This document shows, piece by piece, positions 16,525 to 26,441 of a stretch of 64,000 nt of DNA. The stretch's first letter is position 1. Each line of letters starts with the position of its first letter. Source of the stretch: Anaerolineae bacterium (GTDB lineage: Bacteria; Chloroflexota; Anaerolineae; Aggregatilineales; UBA2796); the NCBI GenBank assembly GCA_025055255.1, contig JANWYI010000005.1, positions 38,469 through 102,468 on the forward strand, given 5' to 3'. Both the position numbers and the translations under genes were made by a program. The notes below the pieces were generated by a model. It saw only the letters and a list, made by a program, of their open reading frames with translations. It was not told the DNA's origin and did not search any database.

Positions 16525-18750
16525 ATGGTATCGAAACAAGAGACGTACGAGTACTATCTGAATTTAGGTCACAGCCTTGCTTGGGATCAAGAGTGGGAAA
16601 AGGCAGTGAACGCCTACGCACGCGCCCTGCAAGAACGCCCTGAAGAGCCTGATCCGTACAAGTATCTCGGTTTGGCGCTCATGCAGGTCAAGCGCTACAA
16701 CGACGCCTTGAAAGTATTGATGAAGGGTCACAAGCTGGCGCCAGATGACCCTGTGCCGCTAGAACGCAGCGCTGATGTGTTAGAGCGCCTTGGTCGCCTC
16801 AAGGAGGCAGCGACGCAGTACGTAAACGTAGCGGAAATCTACCTTGCTCAGCGTGACATTGAGAAAGCAATCGGCAACTATGAGCGTGCCACGTTGCTCA
16901 CGCCGGGATTGCTACAAATCCATTTCCGCCTCGCCCAGCTCTATGAGCGCACAGGTCGCCGCCGTGCCGCTGTGTTGCAGTACCTCACGCTTGCTTTCAA
17001 CTTCCAGCGCAACAAAGACCGTGAGCGCGCCATGCAGGCAATTGAGCGCGCACTACGCCTTGAGCCGAGCAACGTGCAAGTCCTGAATGCTAGGCGCGCC
17101 ATCGAGTCGGGCGAACTGATCGCTGTACCACAGTTGCAAGAGGAGCTTCCATCGGATAGCAAACAAGCTAGCTCAGCTGCGCCTGCTAAGGAAGCACCTG
17201 TTACTCTTGCCGAGTCGCACGCTGCTGGTCCGCTTGGCGAGGCAACTGAAAAAGCACTAGCCCATCTTGCCGAACATTTACTAGAAGGCGGCTTGACAGT
17301 AGCTGAGGCACAGGCGATTCAAGGTATTGAGCTGCAAAAAATTGGCGAGAACGCCCAAGCTATCCAAGCCTTTCAGTTAGCCGAGAGACAAGGCATTCGT
17401 CATCCTGCGCTGTATATGTGCCTAGGTTCACTGTTCATAGCACAAGGGCAATGGCAGAACGCGCTAGACTACCTGAAGCGCGTCCAAGATGCTGCCTATG
17501 CTGCAGGCGTGGCACACGGCATGGGACAAGCCTACCTCGGCTTAGGACAAGTGCGCCCAGCAGCTGAGCAGTTCGTCCGTGCGCTGCAGTTAGCCGACCT
17601 GCAACTCGCAATAAATCCTGACGAAGCGAGCCAGTTGACGGCTGTGTACAATGAGCTGCTCTCAGCAACCAAGCAGATGCAGGAATATGACCTTGCCGAG
17701 ACATGCAATGAGTTCAACCGCTGGCTCTCAGGCCCAGATTGGAAAGTGCGCATTCCGCAGACGCGCCGCGCCATTGACGACCGTCTGCGCGGCGGCAGCA
17801 AAAACGAGCTAATTGATATTGTCAAGGATCCGTCTATTGTTGAGGCGCTAACGCGCGTAGATGACTACATTCGGCGCGGCTTATACACACTGGCTGCTGA
17901 TGAGGCAATGTGGATCATCGAACGGCAACCAACTTCGTTGCCCGCTCATCAGCGCGTTGCGCAGGTGTTGATGGAAGAAGGACAGACTCAAGCTGCGATC
18001 ACCAAGTACAACGTGGTCATCAACAGCTTTCTAGCGCGCGATGACCGTGTCAGTGCTGCTGCGTTGCTGAATGAGGTGATCAAGATCGCACCAATGGACA
18101 TCAATCTCCGTTTGAGCCTGATTGAACTCCTAGAGCGCGAAGGCGATGAAATGCGCATGTTGGATGAGTACATCGGCTTGGCGGGCGCGTACTATCAACT
18201 GGCAGAAATTGACCAAGCGCGCGACACATACCTCGCCGCTAATCGCATGGCACAGCGCCTGAATGCGCCGATAGAAAAGCGCGTTGAGATTTTACGTCGC
18301 CTTGCTGATATCTACATGACGCGCCTTGATTGGCGGCAAGCGCAGCGCACTTTTGAGCAAATCCGCGATCTCGTGCCAACCGATGACGAGCCGCGCCGTG
18401 AGCTGGTCGAAATCCACTTTAAGCTCGGCAATCCAATCGAGGCAATGCGCGAACTGGACAACTTGCTGCGCTTGTATGCGCAATCGCGGCGTGGCGCCAT
18501 GATTCTTTCCACACTAGAGAGCATGGTCGCAGCGCGCCCAGCCGAAATGGGCTTGCGCTCGCGCCTAGCGGCAGTCTACCAGCAACTCAAGCGCATTCCA
18601 GAGGCAATTGAACAGCTGGACGCGCTCGGCGAGCTACAGCTCGACGCAGGTTTGATGCAAGAGGCATGCGTCACTATCAGACAGATTATCCAGTTGCGTC
18701 CGCCGAATGTAGAGCAGTATCAGGCACTGTTAGCACAAATGGGCTGTTAA
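16525..18750 (+). CDS. Large TPR-repeat protein
   Basis: TPR-like helical pairs over the whole length (YLNLGHSLA..QEWEKAVNAYARALQ..P etc.). Start uncertain (16480/16513/16525). Confidence 0.85.
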   Translation: MVSKQETYEYYLNLGHSLAWDQEWEKAVNAYARALQERPEEPDPYKYLGLALMQVKRYNDALKVLMKGHKLAPDDPVPLERSADVLERLGRLKEAATQYVNVAEIYLAQRDIEKAIGNYERATLLTPGLLQIHFRLAQLYERTGRRRAAVLQYLTLAFNFQRNKDRERAMQAIERALRLEPSNVQVLNARRAIESGELIAVPQLQEELPSDSKQASSAAPAKEAPVTLAESHAAGPLGEATEKALAHLAEHLLEGGLTVAEAQAIQGIELQKIGENAQAIQAFQLAERQGIRHPALYMCLGSLFIAQGQWQNALDYLKRVQDAAYAAGVAHGMGQAYLGLGQVRPAAEQFVRALQLADLQLAINPDEASQLTAVYNELLSATKQMQEYDLAETCNEFNRWLSGPDWKVRIPQTRRAIDDRLRGGSKNELIDIVKDPSIVEALTRVDDYIRRGLYTLAADEAMWIIERQPTSLPAHQRVAQVLMEEGQTQAAITKYNVVINSFLARDDRVSAAALLNEVIKIAPMDINLRLSLIELLEREGDEMRMLDEYIGLAGAYYQLAEIDQARDTYLAANRMAQRLNAPIEKRVEILRRLADIYMTRLDWRQAQRTFEQIRDLVPTDDEPRRELVEIHFKLGNPIEAMRELDNLLRLYAQSRRGAMILSTLESMVAARPAEMGLRSRLAAVYQQLKRIPEAIEQLDALGELQLDAGLMQEACVTIRQIIQLRPPNVEQYQALLAQMGC

Positions 18751-18766
18751 AGAGGCAGTGAGCGCT

Positions 18767-19654
18767 ATGTGTGGTGAGCCGTGCTGGCTGATCGAGACAT
18801 ACCTAAACTTTACGGCGCTGCTGGACATCTTCGTGGTAGCGCTCATTTTCTTCGGTTTGAGTTTGCTGCTGCGCAACACGCAGGCGCTCTCGCTCTTGCG
18901 CGGAGTGATCATCCTGTTGGCAGTGGTCAGCCTGACGGCTTCAATTTTTCCTTTCCCTGCCTTTCGCTGGCTGATTGGCAACGTCCTGACGGTCTCAGCA
19001 GTCGCCATTCCAATTATTTTTCAGCCAGAGCTGCGCCGCTTGCTGGAGCAGCTAGGCAGGGCAGGCTTTGGACTGAACCGTCTGCCTGAGAGCCAGCGTG
19101 TGCGTCAAAAGATTATTGAAGAAATTTGTGCGGCTGCGGCGCGCCTCTCTGAGCGGCGGCAAGGCGCCTTGATCGTCATCCAACGCGAGACAAACTTGCA
19201 GGAGTATATTGACACTGGCGTTGTCCTAGATAGCGTTGTCAGCGCGCAGCTGTTGCTCACCATTTTCTACCCAAAGACCGAGCTCCATGATGGCGCTGTG
19301 ATCTTGCGCGAGGGCAAAATTGCAGCTGCAGCGTGTGTTTTGCCGCTCTCTAGCGGTCGCAACTTGACTGACCGCAAACTTGGCACGCGTCATCGCGCGG
19401 CACTAGGCATTAGTGAGGTCAGCGACGGCGTATGTGTCGTTGTCTCAGAGGAAACAGGACAAATCTCTGTCACCAATAGCGGGCGCATGATCCGCCGTCT
19501 GGACGCGAACCGTCTGCGCACAATTTTGCAAGCATTCTACGCGGAAGCAGAACAGCCGCCACCGTTTTTCAAGGCGTTAGCAGAGCGCCTTGTAGGGCTG
19601 CGCAAACGCTTGCTCAGATCACCTGAGATGAGGAATAGGCAACTGAGAGGCTAG
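18767..19654 (+). CDS. dacA: Diadenylate cyclase CdaA (c-di-AMP synthase)
   Basis: Three N-terminal TMs, [16 protein letters not shown] (DGA) and GTRHRAA (RHR) motifs. ORF track start 18758. Confidence 0.93.
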   Translation: MCGEPCWLIETYLNFTALLDIFVVALIFFGLSLLLRNTQALSLLRGVIILLAVVSLTASIFPFPAFRWLIGNVLTVSAVAIPIIFQPELRRLLEQLGRAGFGLNRLPESQRVRQKIIEEICAAAARLSERRQGALIVIQRETNLQEYIDTGVVLDSVVSAQLLLTIFYPKTELHDGAVILREGKIAAAACVLPLSSGRNLTDRKLGTRHRAALGISEVSDGVCVVVSEETGQISVTNSGRMIRRLDANRLRTILQAFYAEAEQPPPFFKALAERLVGLRKRLLRSPEMRNRQLRG

Positions 19655-19658
19655 GTAC

Positions 19659-20171
19659 ATGGGCGCTGAGGCACATCGTGAATTGGCAGGGCGCAGTGCT
19701 GTGACGCTCGGCATTGTCACGGTCAGCGACACACGCACACCACAGACAGATGAGAATGGCATCTGGCTGCGTCAAACCTTTGAGTCACTCGGTCATCGGA
19801 TCGCTGCCTATCGAATTGTGCGCGACGAACCAGAGCAGGTCGAGACTGTGCTAGAAGAGCTAGTCAGCATTCCAGAGCTGCAGATTGCGCTGTTCAACGG
19901 CGGCACAGGTATCGCGCCGCGCGATACAACCTACGATGTGATCGCGCGCAAGCTGGAAAAAACGCTCAGCGGCTTTGGCGAGCTGTTTCGAATGCTCAGC
20001 TATCAGCAAGTTGGCGCTGCAGCAATGCTCAGCCGTGCAACTGCAGGCGTCTATCGCGGTAAGCTAATTGTCAGCATGCCGGGTTCGCCAAAAGCGGTCA
20101 AGTTGGCTGTTGAGTCGCTCATCTTGCCAGAGCTGAATCACTTAGCGTGGGAGATTGCGCGTCGTGCGTAG
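19659..20171 (+). CDS. moaB: Molybdenum cofactor biosynthesis protein B (MoaB/Mog)
   Basis: [40 protein letters not shown]. Confidence 0.92.
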   Translation: MGAEAHRELAGRSAVTLGIVTVSDTRTPQTDENGIWLRQTFESLGHRIAAYRIVRDEPEQVETVLEELVSIPELQIALFNGGTGIAPRDTTYDVIARKLEKTLSGFGELFRMLSYQQVGAAAMLSRATAGVYRGKLIVSMPGSPKAVKLAVESLILPELNHLAWEIARRA

Positions 20172-20243
20172 CCAAGGGCGTAGCGCTTGGCTATACTTTG
20201 CCGCTCGAATGGCTTTCTCTCATCTAACAGGCAGAGTGCAACC

Positions 20244-21317
20244 ATGCAGGCTACTATCACGGTTTTAGGCGGCGACGGAATCGGACCAGAAGTCACCGCA
20301 GTTGCTGTTGCCTTGCTACAAGAGGTCGCTGCACTGGGCGGACATACATTCACCTTCCAAGAGGCGCTTTTCGGCGGCTGTGCTATTGACGCCACGGGCG
20401 ATCCGTTCCCGACGGAGACGCGCAGCCTGTGCGAGAATTGTGACGCCGTCTTGCTGGGCGCCGTCGGCGGACCGCAGTGGTCTGACCCAAGCGCTAAAGT
20501 GCGCCCTGAGCAAGGCTTGCTCCGTTTGCGCCAACACTTTGGCTTGTTCGCCAATTTACGCCCTGTGCGCACTTATCCGATGTTGGCAGGTCATGCGCCG
20601 CTGCGCGCCGAGCTGCTGGAAGGCGTTGACATGCTCTTTGTGCGCGAATTGACAGGCGGCGCTTACTTCGGCGCGCGCCAAGAGCAAGGTGACGGCGATA
20701 CTGCCTACGACACCATGATCTACACAGTGCCAGAGGTGCAGCGCGTAGCGCGAGTGGCTTTTCGTGCAGCTCAAACGCGCCGCAAGCATCTGACCTCAGT
20801 GGACAAGGCAAACGTCTTAGCAAGCTCACGCTTATGGCGGCGCACAGTTGAGCAAGTAGCGCCTGAATTCCCTGATGTCCGCCTCGATCACGCGCTGGTT
20901 GATTCGTTCGCCATGCAGCTGATTCGCACGCCGTCTCGCTTTGACGTGATCGTGACTGAGAATATGTTTGGCGACATCTTGACGGATGAAGCAGCTGTGT
21001 TAGCAGGCTCACTCGGCATGTTGCCGTCAGCATCGCTTGGCGAAGGCACTTTTGGCGTCTACGAGCCGATTCATGGCAGCGCACCTGACATTGCTGGCAA
21101 AGGCATCGCCAATCCAACTGGCACGATCCTCAGCGCAGCGCTACTTTTGCGGTATAGCTTAAATCTGGCAGAGGAAGCAGCCGCGCTTGAGTCAGCTGTG
21201 ATCAAGGCGCTTGAGTCGGGCGCGCGCACGGCTGACATCGCTGAGTCAGGCGCACCTGTCCTGAGCAGCGCTGAGTTTGGTGAGCGCGTGCGCGTTGCCT
21301 TGCGCAAAGTTGGCTAA
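20244..21317 (+). CDS. leuB: 3-isopropylmalate dehydrogenase
   Basis: GGDGIGPEV, LLGAVGGP, RPEQGLLRLR, VDKANVL, NMFGDILTDEA, YEPIHGSAPDIAG. ATG 20244 preferred. Confidence 0.96.
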   Translation: MQATITVLGGDGIGPEVTAVAVALLQEVAALGGHTFTFQEALFGGCAIDATGDPFPTETRSLCENCDAVLLGAVGGPQWSDPSAKVRPEQGLLRLRQHFGLFANLRPVRTYPMLAGHAPLRAELLEGVDMLFVRELTGGAYFGARQEQGDGDTAYDTMIYTVPEVQRVARVAFRAAQTRRKHLTSVDKANVLASSRLWRRTVEQVAPEFPDVRLDHALVDSFAMQLIRTPSRFDVIVTENMFGDILTDEAAVLAGSLGMLPSASLGEGTFGVYEPIHGSAPDIAGKGIANPTGTILSAALLLRYSLNLAEEAAALESAVIKALESGARTADIAESGAPVLSSAEFGERVRVALRKVG

Positions 21318-22441
21318 CACAGCTTGTCGTAGATTGCTTTGAGGTGCTGCGCAGCGGCTTGCCACGTGAAGCGCTTGGCTTGGGCAAAGCCGCGCGCAAT
21401 CCGCTCAGCACGAGTGGCTGTGTCTTCTTCCAGTAGAGTGAGCAGACCTTCTCGAATCGCCTCAACTGAGTACGGATCAACCATCAGCGCGGCGTCGCCT
21501 GCCACTTCAGGTAAGGATGAGACGTTAGAAGTCAGCACAGGCACGCCGCACGCCATGCCTTCCAACACAGGCAAGCCAAAGCCTTCATAGAGCGATGGAA
21601 AGGCAAGACACAGCGCGCCGCTGTAGAGCGCAGGCAGGTCTGCTTCATCAGCAAAGCCTGTGAACAGGACGCGCTCGCCTAAAGCGCGCGCCTGTGCATA
21701 AATTGGCGCGTCTAACCAACCGCGTCCGCCGACAATCACCAATTTCAGGTCTGACCAGCGCAGCGGCAAAGCAGCAAACGCCTGTATCAGCCGCTCATAG
21801 TTTTTGCGCGGTTGCACTGTGCCAACAGACAGAACGTAGGGTGAGTTGCCGAGCTGATACTTGGCGCGCACAGCACTCTGAGCGGCTGCGTCGCAAGTAG
21901 GCTGAAAAGCGTCGCTCACGCCGCTGTACAGCACAGTGATTTTTGCCTCTGGAATGTTGTAGAGCGCGACTATATCAGCTTTTGTCGCTGCTGAGTCAGC
22001 TAGGATATGGTCAGCGCGGCGCGCAGAGCGCGGCACAACTGACTCAAGGTATGCTCTCAGGCGCGGCGCCGCTAACTCTGGCAGACGCGCAAATGACAAA
22101 TCGTGGACGGTCAGCAAGGTGCGCGTGCGCGGCAGAGTTGGCGGCAGGACGAAGTCTGTAGCGTGGAAAAGCTGTACCTTGCCTACGAAAAGCTCGATAG
22201 GCAACGGCAAACGCGCTTTATGCCACAGCCGTGCCAAAGTCAGCGGCGCGAGGCGCGTCGGACAGTAACGGAAGTTAGCAGCAGGCACAGGCGGCAACTT
22301 ATCGCGCGCTGCGCCTGCCACAAACAGTCGGTAGTCATGCGCCGAGTCGCACGCGGCAAGCGCTGTGATCAACTCGCGTGCATAGCGTCCAATGCCGCCG
22401 CCTTGCTGATAGGCAGGCGTGTAATCAATGCCGATTGACAC
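21314..22441 (-). CDS. GT4 family glycosyltransferase
   Basis: TVHDLSF, VGTVQPRKN, FPSLYEGFGLPVLEGMACG.PV..SN. Confidence 0.92.
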   Translation of the reverse strand: MSIGIDYTPAYQQGGGIGRYARELITALAACDSAHDYRLFVAGAARDKLPPVPAANFRYCPTRLAPLTLARLWHKARLPLPIELFVGKVQLFHATDFVLPPTLPRTRTLLTVHDLSFARLPELAAPRLRAYLESVVPRSARRADHILADSAATKADIVALYNIPEAKITVLYSGVSDAFQPTCDAAAQSAVRAKYQLGNSPYVLSVGTVQPRKNYERLIQAFAALPLRWSDLKLVIVGGRGWLDAPIYAQARALGERVLFTGFADEADLPALYSGALCLAFPSLYEGFGLPVLEGMACGVPVLTSNVSSLPEVAGDAALMVDPYSVEAIREGLLTLLEEDTATRAERIARGFAQAKRFTWQAAAQHLKAIYDKLC

Positions 22442-22450
22442 GCAGTTTGC

Positions 22451-22975
22451 TTACTCTACGTCGTTATAAGTCCAGTAGCGATTGGCGAAGAAATTCCAGA
22501 GTGCTACGATCACCAACGCCATGATGACCGCCATGTTTGCGCCGAGCTTCCACTGCACGTTGTCAGCAAGGTTTAGCTCCACCAGATGGTTAGCAGCAAA
22601 GTAGCGCACAACATCAGCGAAGATCGGTGAGAAGACGGCTACCACGCCTGCGCGCACTGCCAAGCCGACGATGCTGACAGCGAAGAATTGCGCCAGCTGA
22701 TAGCGAATGCGCCGTGAGCGCGAGTCGGGATATGTCCAGTAGCGATTCCAAAGAAAATTGCTGCAAACTGCCAGTGTGAAGCCAATCGCCGCTGAGATGA
22801 CCACTGGCAACAGCTGTCCGTCCTGCACTTGAAAGACGAAACGCATCAGGAAATTCGTGGTGCCGAGGTCAATCAGCGCGCCAATTGAGCCGACCACTAG
22901 AAATTTGATGAAGCGTTCTAGCTCACGCGGCTTACTGCCGCCAAAGCGAATGCTGATGCGTCGAATGATACCCAT
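22451..22975 (-). CDS. GtrA family membrane protein (lipid-linked sugar flippase-like)
   Basis: RFIKFLVVG, SNFLWNRYWTY, WNFFANRYWTY; start uncertain (22975-23035). Confidence 0.85.
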   Translation of the reverse strand: MGIIRRISIRFGGSKPRELERFIKFLVVGSIGALIDLGTTNFLMRFVFQVQDGQLLPVVISAAIGFTLAVCSNFLWNRYWTYPDSRSRRIRYQLAQFFAVSIVGLAVRAGVVAVFSPIFADVVRYFAANHLVELNLADNVQWKLGANMAVIMALVIVALWNFFANRYWTYNDVE

Positions 22976-23039
22976 GCGCTCGCCTTCAGCAAGCGAGAGG
23001 CTTTCGGATCGATTCATAGAAGATTGCTGCCTCACGTCT

Positions 23040-24491
23040 CTACGTTTCCCCAGTGACGCCGTTTACTGCCGTCACAAGCGTGCCAATTAAACCAAGCATT
23101 GCGCCAAAGTGCAAGAAAAGGTTGTTGACAAACAGTTTGTCAAACAGGCTGTGTACAGCGACGTGAATCCAGACTGTTAGCACGCCTATACCCACGCCGC
23201 GCTGAAAAGCGTCTGCTAAGCGCAGAGCGCGCAAGCCAAGCGCGCCGAAAGCGAGCCACATGCTTACATATGCTACCAGACCGACTGCGCCTGTCTCTGC
23301 CAGCACGTTAAGATAGTAGTTGTGAGCATGACCGAGCGCTAGTTGCCAGTTTACCAGTGCGTGGCGCGGATAGGCAACCTGATAGCCGCCAAAGCCGACG
23401 CCAAAAAACGGCGACTCATCCGCCATGCTCAGCGCCGCTTGCCAGTGTGCCAAACGTTCAACCGTAGCGTAGTTGGCGTCATTGATTGGCACGCCGCGCA
23501 CATCTTGGAAGCCTGTCAGGTCTTGGGCAAAGTCGCTGAAGCGCGCCAACAAAGCGCTTGGCACGACGTTGCTGAGCATAGCCAAGATGAACAAACTCGC
23601 GCATACCGCTGTGATAACAATCCGTTGCCACAGACGGCGTGGCGCTAGGGCAATAAGCGTCACTAGTGCAGCACCAAAACCAAGCCATGCGCCGCGACTC
23701 CATGAGGCAATCAAGCCTGCGCTGATCAACAGCGCTGCGATGCTGAGCCAGAGTGAACGCCATAACCATGCGATGCGCTGTCTACCGCGCCCTAGCCACG
23801 TCATGCTCAGTGCGCCGAACAGCGCACCAAGCGCCAATGGCAGCGTCATGCCCATAAAGGCGCCGAACGGATTTGGCTGTCCGAAGCTGCCGAACGCACG
23901 GAAATAGCGATAGTCGAGTATCCACAAATGCGGCGCGCCTGAGCCACCTGCGAACTGATACAGACCGATGATCGCTTGCACACACGCCGCAGTCAGCAGC
24001 GCACCGAGCAGCCAAGCAATGCCGTACTGCTGGCACAGCGACGCTGCGATCAGCGCCATGAGCGCCATTTGCAGCCATTTGATCAGCTCGTTCAGCGTTG
24101 CACTAACCGAATTGGCTGTCAGCAAACTGAGCGCAGCTGCGAAAATAAATATCGCCAGCGGCACAAGGATGCTCAGACGCGGAAGGACAACGCACTGTTG
24201 CGCAGCAACTTGCTTAATGAGCCACAAGCTGACTGTCAAAGCAAAAGCAATCTGACCGATATCTACTGGCAAGCGCACAGCTAATTCAGTCTCGATCAGC
24301 GCCTTCAGTGGCGCCAAAATCAGCGTCACGGCGACCGCAACGCGCAGATCGAGCAGGCTCAATGTGCCAAGCGCTACACACGCTAAGATCAGGAAAGCGC
24401 TCTCAAGCGGCAAAGCAGCTATTAGACCTGCTCCAATAGCCATGCCGAGCCACAGCCAATGGACTGATAACTGCTGCGCTAGGCGTAGCAT
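23040..24491 (-). CDS. O-antigen ligase/polymerase (Wzy_C) family membrane protein
   Basis: Many TMs; RAFGSFGQPNPFG, SWSRGAWLG, ERLAHW, GVGFG, HAHNYYL. Confidence 0.88.
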   Translation of the reverse strand: MLRLAQQLSVHWLWLGMAIGAGLIAALPLESAFLILACVALGTLSLLDLRVAVAVTLILAPLKALIETELAVRLPVDIGQIAFALTVSLWLIKQVAAQQCVVLPRLSILVPLAIFIFAAALSLLTANSVSATLNELIKWLQMALMALIAASLCQQYGIAWLLGALLTAACVQAIIGLYQFAGGSGAPHLWILDYRYFRAFGSFGQPNPFGAFMGMTLPLALGALFGALSMTWLGRGRQRIAWLWRSLWLSIAALLISAGLIASWSRGAWLGFGAALVTLIALAPRRLWQRIVITAVCASLFILAMLSNVVPSALLARFSDFAQDLTGFQDVRGVPINDANYATVERLAHWQAALSMADESPFFGVGFGGYQVAYPRHALVNWQLALGHAHNYYLNVLAETGAVGLVAYVSMWLAFGALGLRALRLADAFQRGVGIGVLTVWIHVAVHSLFDKLFVNNLFLHFGAMLGLIGTLVTAVNGVTGET

Positions 24492-24493
24492 AG

Positions 24494-25474
24494 TTACTCA
24501 GCGTGCTTTGACGGATTAGCTGTGACGCCTACGCGCGCGCGGAAATACTCAATCGTGCGCGCTAAGCCTTCGCGCAGTCCAACAACAGGCTCGTAGCCGA
24601 GCAGATTTCTGGCGCGCGTAATGTCAGGCTGACGCGTCTGCGGATCGCCTTCGATCCGATCTTTATATCGGAACTCGATGCCGCCGCGATTGCCTGTCAT
24701 CTCATTGATAATCTGCGCGAATTCTAGAATAGACATCTCTAGCGGATTGCCGAGGTTGACAGGCAACGAGGCATCTTCCGATGGCGGCAACATCAGCAGG
24801 CGATAGATGCCTTCGATCAGGTCGCTCACATAGCAGAAGCTGCGCGTTTGTGTGCCGTCGCCATGTACGGTCAGTGGCTCACCACGCAATGCCTGACCGA
24901 TGAAATTTGGCACCACGCGACCGTCATCAAGGCGCATGCGCTCGCCATAAGTGTTGAAAATGCGCACGATGCGCGTATCCACGCCGTGTGAGCGATGATA
25001 TGCCATTGTCAGCGCCTCAGCGAAACGCTTTGCCTCGTCATAGACGCCGCGCGGACCGATTGTGTTCACGTTGCCCGTATAATCCTCGCGCTGTGGATGT
25101 ACTAGCGGGTCGCCGTAAACCTCAGACGTGCTGGCTAGTAAAAAACGCGCTCGCTTGGCAAGTGCCAAGCCGAGTGCATTGTGCGTGCCGAGCGCGCCAA
25201 CTTTCAAAGTCTGAATAGGATATTTCAAGTAGTCAATCGGACTGGCAGGCGAAGCGAAATGCAGCACAGCATCTAAGTGACCGCTGATGTAGATGTAGTT
25301 CGTGACATCGTGACGGATGAAGGTAAAGTCAGGGCGTCCGATCAAGTGCTGGATATTATCTGTGTTGCCTGTGATCAGGTTATCCATGGCAATCACACTG
25401 TGACCTTCCGCCAACAGCCGATCTGCCAAGTGTGAGCCAAGAAAGCCTGCACCGCCTGTGATTAAAATGCGCAC
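24494..25474 (-). CDS. UDP-glucuronate decarboxylase (UXS)-like SDR
   Basis: [49 protein letters not shown]. Confidence 0.9.
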   Translation of the reverse strand: MRILITGGAGFLGSHLADRLLAEGHSVIAMDNLITGNTDNIQHLIGRPDFTFIRHDVTNYIYISGHLDAVLHFASPASPIDYLKYPIQTLKVGALGTHNALGLALAKRARFLLASTSEVYGDPLVHPQREDYTGNVNTIGPRGVYDEAKRFAEALTMAYHRSHGVDTRIVRIFNTYGERMRLDDGRVVPNFIGQALRGEPLTVHGDGTQTRSFCYVSDLIEGIYRLLMLPPSEDASLPVNLGNPLEMSILEFAQIINEMTGNRGGIEFRYKDRIEGDPQTRQPDITRARNLLGYEPVVGLREGLARTIEYFRARVGVTANPSKHAE

Positions 25475-25493
25475 GTCCTTGAACTCCTGAATG

Positions 25494-25525
25494 GTGAAGA
25501 TGCGCCGATTCTAGCGCATCTTCAC
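25494..25525. promoter_or_regulatory. 12-bp inverted repeat with a minus-strand TAGAAT in the loop
   Basis: GTGAAGATGCGC-CGATTCTA-GCGCATCTTCAC, 20 nt upstream of the UXS start; no U-tract on either side. Confidence 0.4.
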
Positions 25526-25558
25526 TGTCCTCACGAGTTCAGCAACCTGCAAGAATGG

Positions 25559-26023
25559 CTAGTTTCGCTTTGCAGCAAGCGGCAACGTCATCAGCGCAAA
25601 GGCACGTTGCCAGTCCTCGCGTCCCTCAGGCATGTCATCTAGCATGGCGATCATCTCAGGCAACATCTCAAGCACGGCTTGGCGCGGCAAGCGTTGGTGT
25701 ATGCGCGAGAGATTACTGATCTGGCTTGGATACTGCAGGAATCCGACTAGCCAGTTACCGAGCGTGAACGGCGACATCGGCGTGTTTGCCATGCCATACT
25801 TTGTGCGTAGATGCTCCGTGAAGCTAGCTAAATGCCTTTCGTACGCTGCGCGTGCCAATGGCAGGAAGTCATTTAGCCGTTCAACGTCCAGTGCGTTGAT
25901 CCACGCTTGATATTCAGCGTCCTGATAAACCTGCTCCTGCGTGAGCAATAGCAGACGTTCGACCTTGCTTTGCTCAACGCCGATGTAGTGCGCTAGAACT
26001 GCTGCTACCATCGCTTGACTCAC
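25559..26023 (-). CDS. Hypothetical helical protein (154 aa)
   Basis: Open frame with host-like codon style; GAAAGGTGA upstream of GTG; no recognisable motif. Confidence 0.7.
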   Translation of the reverse strand: MSQAMVAAVLAHYIGVEQSKVERLLLLTQEQVYQDAEYQAWINALDVERLNDFLPLARAAYERHLASFTEHLRTKYGMANTPMSPFTLGNWLVGFLQYPSQISNLSRIHQRLPRQAVLEMLPEMIAMLDDMPEGREDWQRAFALMTLPLAAKRN

Positions 26024-26243
26024 CTTTCATAAAGTAAAGATTTAGCAGACGAAATATTCTTAAGCAATTTTATCTTATGAGTAAATTCATTCTAGGTAAA
26101 GAGAGTGCAAGTCTTTGTAACAGCATTGAGAGACTTCAACCAAGCTCTGGTGAGGTGCCTGAAGCGACAAAGAACGTAACTGAGGCGCATTAGCGCACAT
26201 CATATGCCAGAGACGTGACAGTGCCTGAGGACTTAGACCTGAC

Positions 26244-26408
26244 CTAGAGTCTCACGAAGATAGCAGTCTCAAAGAGTCCTCTGCGTCCGCCGCGCTTGCG
26301 CAGCAGCAGAATCTCATCTACCTTGAAACCGCACTGCTCAAAAAAAATCTGTGCCAGCAGAATGTCTGTGTGAACGTCTACGCCTGCCAGCCGCGAGTTC
26401 TCTATAGC
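26244..26408 (-). pseudogene. C-terminal remnant of an amino (N4-C/N6-A) DNA methyltransferase
   Basis: Stop-to-stop frame missing from the ORF track: AIENSRLAGVDVHTDILLAQIFFEQCGFKVDEILLLRKRGGRRGLFETAIFVRL*. It resembles the recalled 'VIGNS..GV...TD..LA.I....GF....I..LRK...YE.A..L' tail of such enzymes and has no start codon. Confidence 0.55.
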
Positions 26409-26441
26409 CTAAACGCCACAGAATTGATGAGCTGTACTTGA

